NCBI GenBank assembly: GCA_031285625.1
Contig: JAITVV010000095.1
Span: 192,001-256,000 of the forward strand
Origin: Prevotella sp.
Lineage (GTDB): Bacteria; Bacteroidota; Bacteroidia; Bacteroidales; Dysgonomonadaceae
Direction of reading: 5' to 3'
DNA: 64,000 nt
Made by a program: the position numbers and the translations under genes
Notes under the pieces: model-generated
Databases searched by the model: none
What the model was told of the DNA's origin: nothing
Seen by the model: the letters and a program-made list of their open reading frames with translations, nothing else
Shown here: positions 18,032 to 26,717 of the stretch, one piece after another
Layout of the letters: every line of letters starts with the position of its first letter
Numbering within the stretch: position 1 is the first letter of the stretch

Positions 18032-19046
18032 CTAACACAGTTACCCAGCCATATGTATCAGGCTCATCACCCAGCTGTATAGTTCTGAGTTTGTTGTACA
18101 ATTTTGTACTTATAGGGCCTGCATTGCCATCTTTAGAGATAACGTAAGATTTGTTTTCATCTATATCGTCTACTCTGAGTATCGGGCTTATTACAGCTGC
18201 TGTACCCACTTGTCCGGCTTCTTCGAATGTAGCCAGTTCTTCTTCCAAAACCTGACGGCGTTCTACCTTCAATCCCATATCTTCGGCCAGTTGCATCAGG
18301 CTCTTATTGGTAATAGACGGAAGTATAGATGAAGAAAGCGGAGTAACATATGTATTATCTTTTATCCCGAAGAAATTGGCAGGACCGCATTCATCAAGAT
18401 ATTTCTTTTCTTTAGCATCGAGGAACAAAACGGCAGAATAGCCCATTTCGTGTGCTTTGTGTCCCGGTGCAAGGCTGGCAGCATAATTGCCTCCTACTTT
18501 GATAGTACCGGTACCTAACGGTGCAGCACGATCATATCCTCTCAGTATAACTACCGGGGTAGGCTTAAACCCTTCCTTGAAATAAGGGCCTACAGGCGTA
18601 ACAAATACAAGGAAAAGGTATTCATCAGCAGGTTTTACTCCTACCTGGGCACTTGTACCGATCAGTAAAGGACGGATATACAAAGATGCTCCGCTGCCAT
18701 ATGGCGGCACAAAACGCTCGTTTAGTTTTACAGCTTTTATTACTGCCTCTTCAAAAACTTCTACAGGAAGTTCGGCCATCATAATACCCTGTGAAGAAGA
18801 AATCATGCGCAATGCATTTTCACGCATTCTGAAAATTCGGATCTTACCATCTTTACCTCTGAATGCTTTGAGCCCTTCAAACGCTTCTTGTCCGTAGTGG
18901 AGGCAAGTAGCGGCCATGTGCATATCAATGCTTTCAGATGTGGTTTCAGTAGGTGTACTCCATTTTCCGCCCTTGTAATAGCTTCTTACATTGTAATCTG
19001 TCTTCATATATCCAAAAGACAAATTTGACCAGTCTATTCCATTCAT
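18027..19046 (-). CDS. ilvE: Branched-chain amino acid aminotransferase
   Basis: LHYGQEAFEGLKA, LYIRP, KVGGNYAAS, ILPSIT, GTAAVI. Start at ATG 19046 preferred. Confidence 0.96.
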   Translation of the reverse strand: MNGIDWSNLSFGYMKTDYNVRSYYKGGKWSTPTETTSESIDMHMAATCLHYGQEAFEGLKAFRGKDGKIRIFRMRENALRMISSSQGIMMAELPVEVFEEAVIKAVKLNERFVPPYGSGASLYIRPLLIGTSAQVGVKPADEYLFLVFVTPVGPYFKEGFKPTPVVILRGYDRAAPLGTGTIKVGGNYAASLAPGHKAHEMGYSAVLFLDAKEKKYLDECGPANFFGIKDNTYVTPLSSSILPSITNKSLMQLAEDMGLKVERRQVLEEELATFEEAGQVGTAAVISPILRVDDIDENKSYVISKDGNAGPISTKLYNKLRTIQLGDEPDTYGWVTVLE

Positions 19047-19201
19047 GTTAGTAAAAGTTTTATCAGTCAATATTCTCGATAAATTGTTTATCTCACAAAA
19101 ATACAATTTTCATTGATAATTGTATGTTATTTTGGTCATATTATATCTATTTAAAATTGTATATACTATTCTTTATTTCTGTAAGTAAGAATGTGAGTAC
19201 A

Positions 19202-20038
19202 TCATTTTTCATAAATTACAGTCCATTCTCCTGCCGGATTAGGCCTGAAACTGCAAGTGGGAGGAATACCATAGTGACGATTTATCAGACTTTTCATCTC
19301 TGTCTGCCCATGCTGGTTTTTCTCATTTATGGCAGCAGGCATCCTGGTTTTTCCAATTTTTATGGCATTAGCCATGATAGCTATCTGCCGGACAAAATTA
19401 TCTACTTCTTCCTGGTTTTTGCTTTTCATATAGCGGTCGCAGATAAACATGGTTATCTGCTGATTGGGGATTTGATCTGCCGGTTTTGATGCATACGGGC
19501 TCAAGATAAAAATAAAATCGTTGTGTCCGTATCTGTTCAGATTAGGTACCGCTTCCATTCTAGCCCGTATCTTATGGCTGTCAAGATTTATAATAACATT
19601 ACGTTCGGGGAATTGCTTCTGCATCCAGTCGTAGTGTGATATACCTTCTTTTTCGGCTTCTTCCGATTGCCTCAGCAATTCTTCGAGATGGGTTTCACAT
19701 ATCTTCCGGTTATTTTTTTCACTCCATTTCAGGATACCTCCGGTTGGAGCATTTTTGATACTTATAGCAGGATATCCATCTTCGCTCCATGATGAAACTT
19801 TACGAAAGGTTTGTTCGGATGATACCGATTTCGTCTGGCAATCTTTCAGAAAATCGTCCAGTACCGGATAGCATTTCATCCACTGATTAAGATAATGTAA
19901 TTTATCTTTTTCACGTTCGGCACGTCCCATAATACAATACACATGATAGACGGGATTATCATTTCTTTTTAATTGAGGCAGACCATCGGGAGGAGTACGA
20001 TCATCTTTCCCTCCAAAAATGTTTTTAAGGAAATTCAT
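19202..20038 (-). CDS. Hypothetical protein
   Basis: 278-aa ORF, N-terminus MNFLKNIFGGK, no recognised motif. Confidence 0.7.
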   Translation of the reverse strand: MNFLKNIFGGKDDRTPPDGLPQLKRNDNPVYHVYCIMGRAEREKDKLHYLNQWMKCYPVLDDFLKDCQTKSVSSEQTFRKVSSWSEDGYPAISIKNAPTGGILKWSEKNNRKICETHLEELLRQSEEAEKEGISHYDWMQKQFPERNVIINLDSHKIRARMEAVPNLNRYGHNDFIFILSPYASKPADQIPNQQITMFICDRYMKSKNQEEVDNFVRQIAIMANAIKIGKTRMPAAINEKNQHGQTEMKSLINRHYGIPPTCSFRPNPAGEWTVIYEK

Positions 20039-20554
20039 TAAAATTGTTTTGTGTTATTTCTCTATTATCGTGTACTTACAAATATAAGGAAAAATGTTAA
20101 AATATAAGATATAAAGTTTGAATATTAATCTGCTGTTTTTCGCTTTTAAATGGGGAAATATAAATGCGAAAACAATGTAAGGATTTATAAATATTTATTG
20201 TAAACAGGACGTTTCAGGCATATTTTATCCTTTTACAGTCCTATTTGTTATTGTATATTTTCAGATAAATTACAGCTAGAGAGGATGTACTCTTTTTTCA
20301 AGTCACTCCTTCTTTCAAAATACCAAAAAAGGGAGATAAAAGAGGTAAAATTATTATGAAACAAATAACATCTCATCAAAATAATTTTCACAAAAAAGAT
20401 CCTTTTATAATTCAAATACTCCAGTTTACTATCACTATCAAAGAATTGTTATTTTAAAAAATGGGTAGTATAAATCAGTCGTTTACAAAAAAAGTGGTCA
20501 GGATTTATAATATTTAACGGATGTGTAGACTTTATACCCTATTTTTGTTTTGTC

Positions 20555-20690
20555 ATCGGAAATAATTGACAAGCGGATGTTGCAAACTTCCCAATCTTTA
20601 CACACACTTTACACACTTTACAAACCGCAATCTTTACAAAACAATGAGCGACACAAAGAGTAAATCAGATCACTGGTTTACTCTTTTTCT
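20555..20690 (+). ncRNA. Candidate sRNA or leader with CTTTACA repeats and its own terminator
   Basis: TATTTTTG at 20540-20547; four CTTTACA copies; 14-bp hairpin at 20655-20686 followed by a pyrimidine tract; no plus-strand gene upstream. Confidence 0.45.
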
Positions 20691-20823
20691 TTTCTACTGC
20701 CTTTTGTTATCATAACGTAAAATATTTGAAAATTACTTGTCTATTATTATTCTAATAAACTTATAGTTCTTATAGTTTGTTGTAAAAAAGTGGGGAAATC
20801 ATAATCAAATAAATTCACAAATT

Positions 20824-21084
20824 ATGAAGGATAAAAACTTGAAAAAGGAAACAGAGTTTAAACCGGGAAAATTTGATCCCGAACAAGTAGTAGGTGATCA
20901 AAATTCGGTAAGCGGAAAAGTTGTGGAAACAGAAAAACCGGTTTCGGAAAATACAGAAAACGAATCGGAAGCAAGACGCACGAGCAGGATACTGAATGAT
21001 GCTGAAAAGACAAGAGAAAAACTAAATAGTAAATTGAATGATGTTCGTGATTATGGAGCAGATGCCCGGGAAACAACATTATAA
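20824..21084 (+). CDS. Small hydrophilic hypothetical protein
   Basis: 86-aa charged ORF with an A-rich start context and a terminator downstream. Confidence 0.65.
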   Translation: MKDKNLKKETEFKPGKFDPEQVVGDQNSVSGKVVETEKPVSENTENESEARRTSRILNDAEKTREKLNSKLNDVRDYGADARETTL

Positions 21085-21102
21085 ACGGGCAACGTATAAA
21101 TG

Positions 21103-21137
21103 AAAAGGACGGCTAGATAAACTATACCGTCCTTTTT
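21103..21137. terminator. Bidirectional terminator
   Basis: AAAAGGACGG...CCGTCCTTTTT between convergent genes. Confidence 0.75.
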
Positions 21138-21157
21138 ATTTATTTTATATCTTTTCC

Positions 21158-21784
21158 TTATTCCGTTTCTGCCAGCCTATCGATAAATAACACACCTTGG
21201 AGATGATCATATTCGTGCTGGAAAATAACTCCGGTAAAATCACCTTCACGAGAATTACCCGAAAGCCTTTCCTTTATAAGTTCACCCGTTTCATTATAAT
21301 ATTCCACATCTACCCAAGCATATCGTTTGGTGGTTCCCGACAACTCGGGTACAGAAAGGCAACCGTCGCCTTCAAACAGGATAATCTCTTGAGAATGGTT
21401 CACAATACGTGGATTTATAGCCACCTGCACAGGAATACCCTCCTTATCGATCCGCATAAAAAGAAACAGGTTTCTTCCCAGCCCTACTTGTGGAGCTGCA
21501 ATACCCACACCCGATTCTACGGCAAGAGTCAATTTCAGCCTGTTAATAAAAAAATGTAAATCTTTATCAGAGGCAATATTCTTTACATCCAGATCGATGC
21601 TCTTTTTTCTGAGAAAAAGGGAATCTTGTTTTACATCGGTTTGCAACACTCTGTATGGCGTATCAATAGCACCCTTATTGATTAATACTTTTTCGTTGGT
21701 AGTCATATGTTTTATTGATTTGCACGCAGATATGCTAATAATAAGTATTAGCAGGCATAAAATCTTTTTCACTGCATTATGCAT
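21158..21784 (-). CDS. def: Peptide deformylase homolog with N-terminal lipoprotein-like signal
   Basis: GVGIAAPQVG, DGCLS (canonical EGCLS), QHEYDHLQG; N-terminal KKILCLLILIISISAC. Confidence 0.88.
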   Translation of the reverse strand: MHNAVKKILCLLILIISISACKSIKHMTTNEKVLINKGAIDTPYRVLQTDVKQDSLFLRKKSIDLDVKNIASDKDLHFFINRLKLTLAVESGVGIAAPQVGLGRNLFLFMRIDKEGIPVQVAINPRIVNHSQEIILFEGDGCLSVPELSGTTKRYAWVDVEYYNETGELIKERLSGNSREGDFTGVIFQHEYDHLQGVLFIDRLAETE

Positions 21785-21866
21785 TATTGTTATTTAAACA
21801 CAAAGATACGCATTTTCCGATTAATTCTTTTATAAACCCTGACGGTTATTCCTTTGATCACCACTT

Positions 21867-22289
21867 TCACTTATCATCGGATACTCTTCTGAAATGTGTC
21901 TTCAATATAAGTTTTTCGATACCCAACTCTTTAAATTGTTTATCAGATATTTTTTGAAGTTTGAAAAAATCCAACTCCACAATCAGGATATTTTCCTTGA
22001 TCGAATATTTCAGATCCATTCCTGATTGCATATCTCTGATCGTATTGCCATTGATAGTGTAATCCCCTGTTTTTTCTCCGCTGTATATTTTACCATCAGC
22101 CGTAAATTTGAGAGTTGAATCTTTGAATAATCCTTTAAGGTTATCTGCAATAAGATCTGCAACCAGTTTGTCCCCAGAAGTGACAACCTCGGTGTCCGCT
22201 TGTTCGTATTTCCATGTACCAACGATATCCTGAGCAAAAAAATAAGAAGAGAACAGCATCAGGGATATAAGTAAATTATATCTTCTCAT
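21867..22289 (-). CDS. Secreted lipocalin-like protein
   Basis: Signal peptide; IVGTWKY, LKFTADG, GDYTING. Confidence 0.65.
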   Translation of the reverse strand: MRRYNLLISLMLFSSYFFAQDIVGTWKYEQADTEVVTSGDKLVADLIADNLKGLFKDSTLKFTADGKIYSGEKTGDYTINGNTIRDMQSGMDLKYSIKENILIVELDFFKLQKISDKQFKELGIEKLILKTHFRRVSDDK

Positions 22290-22482
22290 AGTTTGTGTAT
22301 GTTTGTATGTTTGTGTATGTAAAAATAGTGATATTCTATTTAATTAATAGTCATTTCTGTAGAATCTATCCATATTTGATTCAAGTATATATAATATTTT
22401 CCATCCCATGTACAAAAAATAAAAGCAAAAGTGTGATAAAACAGAAAGTTTTGCGACATATAATTAAAAACAATTCTGATAA

Positions 22483-22971
22483 ATGAAAGAAACACAAAGT
22501 GGTGATGCACAATTTATGGAAATGATACGCCAGAATGAGGGTATCATCTATAAGGTCACCTCTTTCTACGCCGATAAGGATCATCCATTAGGAGATCTCT
22601 ATCAGGAAGTAGTCTTGAATCTGTGGAAAGGTTATCCTTCTTTCAGAGGAGAGAGTAAATATTCTACATGGATTTATCGTATTGCACTGAATACCTGTGT
22701 GTCGTTTTACCGGAGGAGCAAAAGAAATGTAAGCTATGTGGATATATCGATGGATATACCCGATGTGGTGGACAATAACGAACAGATACAGGAATTGTAC
22801 AGGCTGATAAATCGTTTGGGAAAAATTGAGCGTGCTTTGGTCTTGCTTTATCTTGATGATAAACCTTACAAAGAAATAGCGGAAATAACAGGACTTTCTG
22901 TTACTAATGTAGCTACCAAGATAAGCCGGATAAAAGATAAGCTAAAACAAATGTCGGATAAAGAAAACTGA
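22483..22971 (+). CDS. ECF sigma-70 factor
   Basis: DLYQEVVLNLWK, STWIYRIALN, region 4 YKEIAEITGLS.TNV.TKISRIK. Confidence 0.95.
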   Translation: MKETQSGDAQFMEMIRQNEGIIYKVTSFYADKDHPLGDLYQEVVLNLWKGYPSFRGESKYSTWIYRIALNTCVSFYRRSKRNVSYVDISMDIPDVVDNNEQIQELYRLINRLGKIERALVLLYLDDKPYKEIAEITGLSVTNVATKISRIKDKLKQMSDKEN

Positions 22972-22975
22972 TTAT

Positions 22976-23566
22976 ATGGATCTGGATAATTTAAAGAAAA
23001 CTTGGCAAGAGACCGAAATAAAGCCAACCATAGATGATGCTAAAATTCAGAAGATGTTGGATAATAAGGGTCAGGGTGCTTTTGCAAAACTAATAAAATA
23101 TGACCAGTTATTTATAAAACTTCTCATACCATGCGCTTTTGCAGAAGTATTATTCTTCTATCTGTCTACATGGCTGGGCATTATTTATGGAGTACTATTT
23201 ATATACAGCTTTTTCTGGCAACGGTACAAAATCAGGTATATGAAGAGTTTTGATCTGTCAGCAATGGGAATACTGGAAGTATCTAAATGCATCCTCAGGT
23301 ATAAGAAATTCATAATATATGAAATGGTAATAGGCGCAATAATTGTTATTCCTTTTTTCCTGTTCTATACTTATTATGTTCTTCCTGATGCCTTCCCGCG
23401 TATGCATGAGACAAACCATGAACTTTCACTGATTACATTTATAGTAGCGGTTGCTACAACGTTTATCGCCTGTTTTATTATATACAGATACATGTATATA
23501 AATAATATAAAGAAAGTGCAGAAATCGATAAACGAAATAAAAGACTTTGAAGAAGATAACATTTAA
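22976..23566 (+). CDS. Four-TM membrane protein, putative anti-sigma factor
   Basis: MDLDNLKKTW N-terminus typical of Bacteroidetes ECF-linked membrane proteins; four hydrophobic segments; 4-nt gap after the sigma gene. Confidence 0.65.
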   Translation: MDLDNLKKTWQETEIKPTIDDAKIQKMLDNKGQGAFAKLIKYDQLFIKLLIPCAFAEVLFFYLSTWLGIIYGVLFIYSFFWQRYKIRYMKSFDLSAMGILEVSKCILRYKKFIIYEMVIGAIIVIPFFLFYTYYVLPDAFPRMHETNHELSLITFIVAVATTFIACFIIYRYMYINNIKKVQKSINEIKDFEEDNI

Positions 23567-23584
23567 TTTTAAACAAAATTATAA

Positions 23585-24496
23585 ATGAAAACTATTACAT
23601 CTGCCATTGTGGCTTTCACTCTGTTAATGTTCTCATATCTGACTATGTCGGCACAGGCACAGGAAGATGGGTTGTTATGGAAAGTTTCGGGAAACGGGCT
23701 GGCTCAGCCATCCTATATTCTGGGGACGCACCATCTGGCTCATGTAAGTTTTGTAGATAGTATTCCCGGATTAAAAGAGGCGATGGAAAATACAGATCAG
23801 ACAGTGGGCGAGTTGTTGATGTCAGATCAGCTTGGAATGCAAACTAAATTGCAACAAGCAGCTATGATGCCTGCAGGTGAAACTTATAGCAAGTTACTAT
23901 CTCCTGAAGACTATACAAAGTTGGATGAAGGCCTTAAAAAGCTGTTTATGGCAGGACTCGATCAGTTTGGTCAGCTAAAGCCGGGTATGATCTCTATGCT
24001 GTATACTATAACTACCTATACAAAGTTGTATCCTGAATTTAATCCGATGTCTCATGAAGCTATCGACGGCTATGTGCAACGCATAGCAAAAGAAAAAGGC
24101 AAAACAGTACTGGGACTGGAAACTGTAGAAGATCAGATATATGCCCTTTTTGATGCAGAGCCATTAAAAGATCAGGTCGAGTCATTAGCTTGCGCTGTAG
24201 CAAACAGCGACTCTTCGAAAGATATGTTCGATAAACTGAATACATATTATAAGAAAGGACAATTGACCAATATGTACAATCTGGCATTTAATGATCCTGA
24301 AGATCCATGTAAAGTATCGCAAAGACAGCAGAATATTATAAATAAAGACCGTAATGATAAGTGGCTGAAAAAACTGCCACAGATAATGAAAGATAAATCA
24401 AGCCTCGTTGCCGTAGGGGCATTGCATCTGGCAGGAGAAGAAGGTTTGATCTACCAGTTGTCTAAGATGGGATACACTGTAGAAGTTGTAAAATAA
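23585..24496 (+). CDS. TraB/GumN (Tiki) family secreted protein
   Basis: LLWKVSG..SYILGTHH, GLETVEDQ, RNDKW, VAVGALHL.GEEG. Confidence 0.92.
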   Translation: MKTITSAIVAFTLLMFSYLTMSAQAQEDGLLWKVSGNGLAQPSYILGTHHLAHVSFVDSIPGLKEAMENTDQTVGELLMSDQLGMQTKLQQAAMMPAGETYSKLLSPEDYTKLDEGLKKLFMAGLDQFGQLKPGMISMLYTITTYTKLYPEFNPMSHEAIDGYVQRIAKEKGKTVLGLETVEDQIYALFDAEPLKDQVESLACAVANSDSSKDMFDKLNTYYKKGQLTNMYNLAFNDPEDPCKVSQRQQNIINKDRNDKWLKKLPQIMKDKSSLVAVGALHLAGEEGLIYQLSKMGYTVEVVK

Positions 24497-24509
24497 TCAA
24501 TATATGAAG

Positions 24510-24536
24510 AAAAAGCTGCTGAAAAGCTGCTTTTTT
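24510..24536. terminator. Bidirectional terminator
   Basis: AAAAAGCTGCT-GAAA-AGCTGCTTTTTT between convergent genes (one mismatch in the stem). Confidence 0.6.
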
Positions 24537-24548
24537 ATTATATAAACA

Positions 24549-24890
24549 TTAGATAATATTCCTTCCGATCCAGAATAATATGATAAGTATAAAGATAATA
24601 ATGATAGCCTTTAGTCCAAATAAGATTGAACGGGCTTTAGGGAACCTCTCTTTACCACCCAAATATTCAAAATAGAGTCCAACCGCCAAATAAGGGATAG
24701 CCACAACCAACAAAGGATTGCTAATGAAAGCTTCTTTTATCTGCAAATGTAGTAAATGATGAGCAGCACGTTGTGAGCCACAGCCTGGACAATCCCATCC
24801 TGTCAGCCTATGGAACAGGCATTGCGGAAAAAACGAAGATTCCTCCGGACTGAACAGAAAGTAGATACTGCCTGCGATGATCAGCAACAC
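24549..24890 (-). CDS. DUF2752 membrane protein (start may lie slightly upstream)
   Basis: C.F..LTG..CPGCGSQRA.H.LLH....AF..NP; C-terminal RN. Confidence 0.9.
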   Translation of the reverse strand: MLLIIAGSIYFLFSPEESSFFPQCLFHRLTGWDCPGCGSQRAAHHLLHLQIKEAFISNPLLVVAIPYLAVGLYFEYLGGKERFPKARSILFGLKAIIIIFILIILFWIGRNII

Positions 24891-24942
24891 TACTATTCCT
24901 ATGGCATTATAGATATATTTTGTATTCAGTTTTATGGAAGGA

Positions 24943-26118
24943 TTATTTGAGTAAGTTATCTAACATGGTTCGTTGCTCTTCTCCAAAATTAGCCCATCTG
25001 GCAATAATTTTACCCTGCTTATCAATTAAGAAAACAGTCGGGAGAAATTCTACTTTATAGACATCTGAGATCCCTATATCGAACAAACGCCCATCCGAAT
25101 GAGCTAAATCCAATATCTGAGGCCATTCTTTTAATTGGTACTTTTCAACAGCCTGCAACCAATCGTCTTTATTCTCGTCTGCCGAAATACTTAATATTTG
25201 TAGTCGTCCGTTATATTTATTGTAAATCTCTTTGAGGTTTGGTATTTCTTTTACACACGGACCACACCAGCTTGCCCAAAAATCAAGAAGGACATACTTC
25301 TTGTCCCTGAAATCCGACAGTTTGATATTATTCCCGGATAAGTCTGTTTTTGTAAAATCAGGAGCTATGTCTCCAGCAGAAGCCATTCCTTTACTTTGCT
25401 GATATATGATCTGCCTATAAGCAAGTTTACCCATCAGACTTGTTTTCAATTCTTCTGGTAGGCTGTTATAAACCGATAAGATAGTATCACTGCTTACAAG
25501 TTCTGATCGGGCGACAGAAAACAACAAAGCCGGAGATATTTGGAATCTAGTATGTCTTGATACAAAATCAATGTATTTCAGATGTTTTCCCTTGGCATTG
25601 AGAGTCAATTTTTCTGAATGATTACGGATAATATTCATCAAGCTATCCCGCACACGTAGGTTCTCAGTAGAATTAAGTTGTTTAAAAAGATCACTAACAA
25701 TAGTAGAATTTTCCAACCAGAATTTTGAATAAGATATTACCTCTTCTTGTAATTCCTGATTTTCTTTATCAACCTGTGTCCCAGATAATTTATACATATA
25801 TGACTGTTCTTTATCTATATGGAGTTCCATGTTAGAAGGTTCGATAAACATCTGAATATAATCATTATCAAAATCCAGATAAGCATATGTTAGTCCATCT
25901 AGCTTTCCTGTGAAAGTAAACTTACCATCAACTACTTTGGCAGTATCTTCTTTTTCATACCACTCGTTATCTTGTGAGTAATAATAACTAAGATATACCG
26001 TATCAGGCAGTTCACCACCCTCGATAGTTCCCTGTAATACAAATGTATCTGATGGGGTTTTATTACAGCTAGCTATAACAATAAGTAATAAAGTAAGGAA
26101 AATAATATTTTTTTTCAT
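24943..26118 (-). CDS. DUF4369 plus TlpA-like thioredoxin lipoprotein
   Basis: Lipobox IASC; APDF, LLDFWASWCGPC, LIDKQGKI. Confidence 0.92.
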   Translation of the reverse strand: MKKNIIFLTLLLIVIASCNKTPSDTFVLQGTIEGGELPDTVYLSYYYSQDNEWYEKEDTAKVVDGKFTFTGKLDGLTYAYLDFDNDYIQMFIEPSNMELHIDKEQSYMYKLSGTQVDKENQELQEEVISYSKFWLENSTIVSDLFKQLNSTENLRVRDSLMNIIRNHSEKLTLNAKGKHLKYIDFVSRHTRFQISPALLFSVARSELVSSDTILSVYNSLPEELKTSLMGKLAYRQIIYQQSKGMASAGDIAPDFTKTDLSGNNIKLSDFRDKKYVLLDFWASWCGPCVKEIPNLKEIYNKYNGRLQILSISADENKDDWLQAVEKYQLKEWPQILDLAHSDGRLFDIGISDVYKVEFLPTVFLIDKQGKIIARWANFGEEQRTMLDNLLK

Positions 26119-26171
26119 GATGCTGAATATTAATGGAATGACTACTATACAGCTTTATGCTCAAGAACTTC

Positions 26172-26717
26172 TTAAAAGAAGATGCCTATAAAGGTAAAGA
26201 ATACGAACAATGCCGGTAGGAAGAGCAGGCCTGCCAACGTCCATTGCTTTGCCTTCTTTGAGGCATCCATAGCCCCTTCATAATCATTATTGCGATATAA
26301 AGTCTCCACCCTGCCTGCATAGAATATACCTACAAGGCTAATCGGGGAACAGCAAAATATAGTCAGTAAGATAGATTCTACCAGCCATTGTTTCGGCATG
26401 GGTAAAATACCATTCAGATTGACTTGGCTATCAGGTTTATTTTGTGGATTCTGCCTGTTCTGTTGTTGAGGTTGCTGAGAATATACAGTCGTTGGCTGAG
26501 GCGGTTTCTGTTCCGGTTGTTTTACTTCTTGTGGAACAGGTATTTTTGAATCGAACAGATAATTCAATTCCGGCATGGTTCCGGCTTCTACCCAATCTGC
26601 CAGACCCGACCGCCAGACCATCGTATCGGGACGTATACCTTTTCTCGCTAGCTCATTTGGAGTGAACGGCCCGCACTGTAGTTTCGAAATGTCATCTATA
26701 TAGTAGTACTTCAGCAT
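26172..26717 (-). CDS. GYF_2 domain plus CD225/dispanin family membrane protein
   Basis: Q.GPF...L...I.PDT.VWR.G..DW..A....EL; P..WLVESIL.TIFCC; AS.KAK.W. Confidence 0.9.
   Translation of the reverse strand: MLKYYYIDDISKLQCGPFTPNELARKGIRPDTMVWRSGLADWVEAGTMPELNYLFDSKIPVPQEVKQPEQKPPQPTTVYSQQPQQQNRQNPQNKPDSQVNLNGILPMPKQWLVESILLTIFCCSPISLVGIFYAGRVETLYRNNDYEGAMDASKKAKQWTLAGLLFLPALFVFFTFIGIFF

Noticed and set aside
19047-19106. N-terminal extensions in the ORF track (ilvE; also HTCS, rel, PBP1a, MFS, ompH)
   Set aside because: Several run through promoter-like TAnnTTTG sequence, and downstream ATGs fit the family starts better.
20592-20638. Possible CRISPR array (also the REP-like copies)
   Set aside because: Repeats are 7-11 bp or dispersed, with no regular spacers and no cas genes.
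23585-24496. TraB name as evidence of conjugation
   Set aside because: This is the TraB/GumN/Tiki family; no conjugation genes are present.
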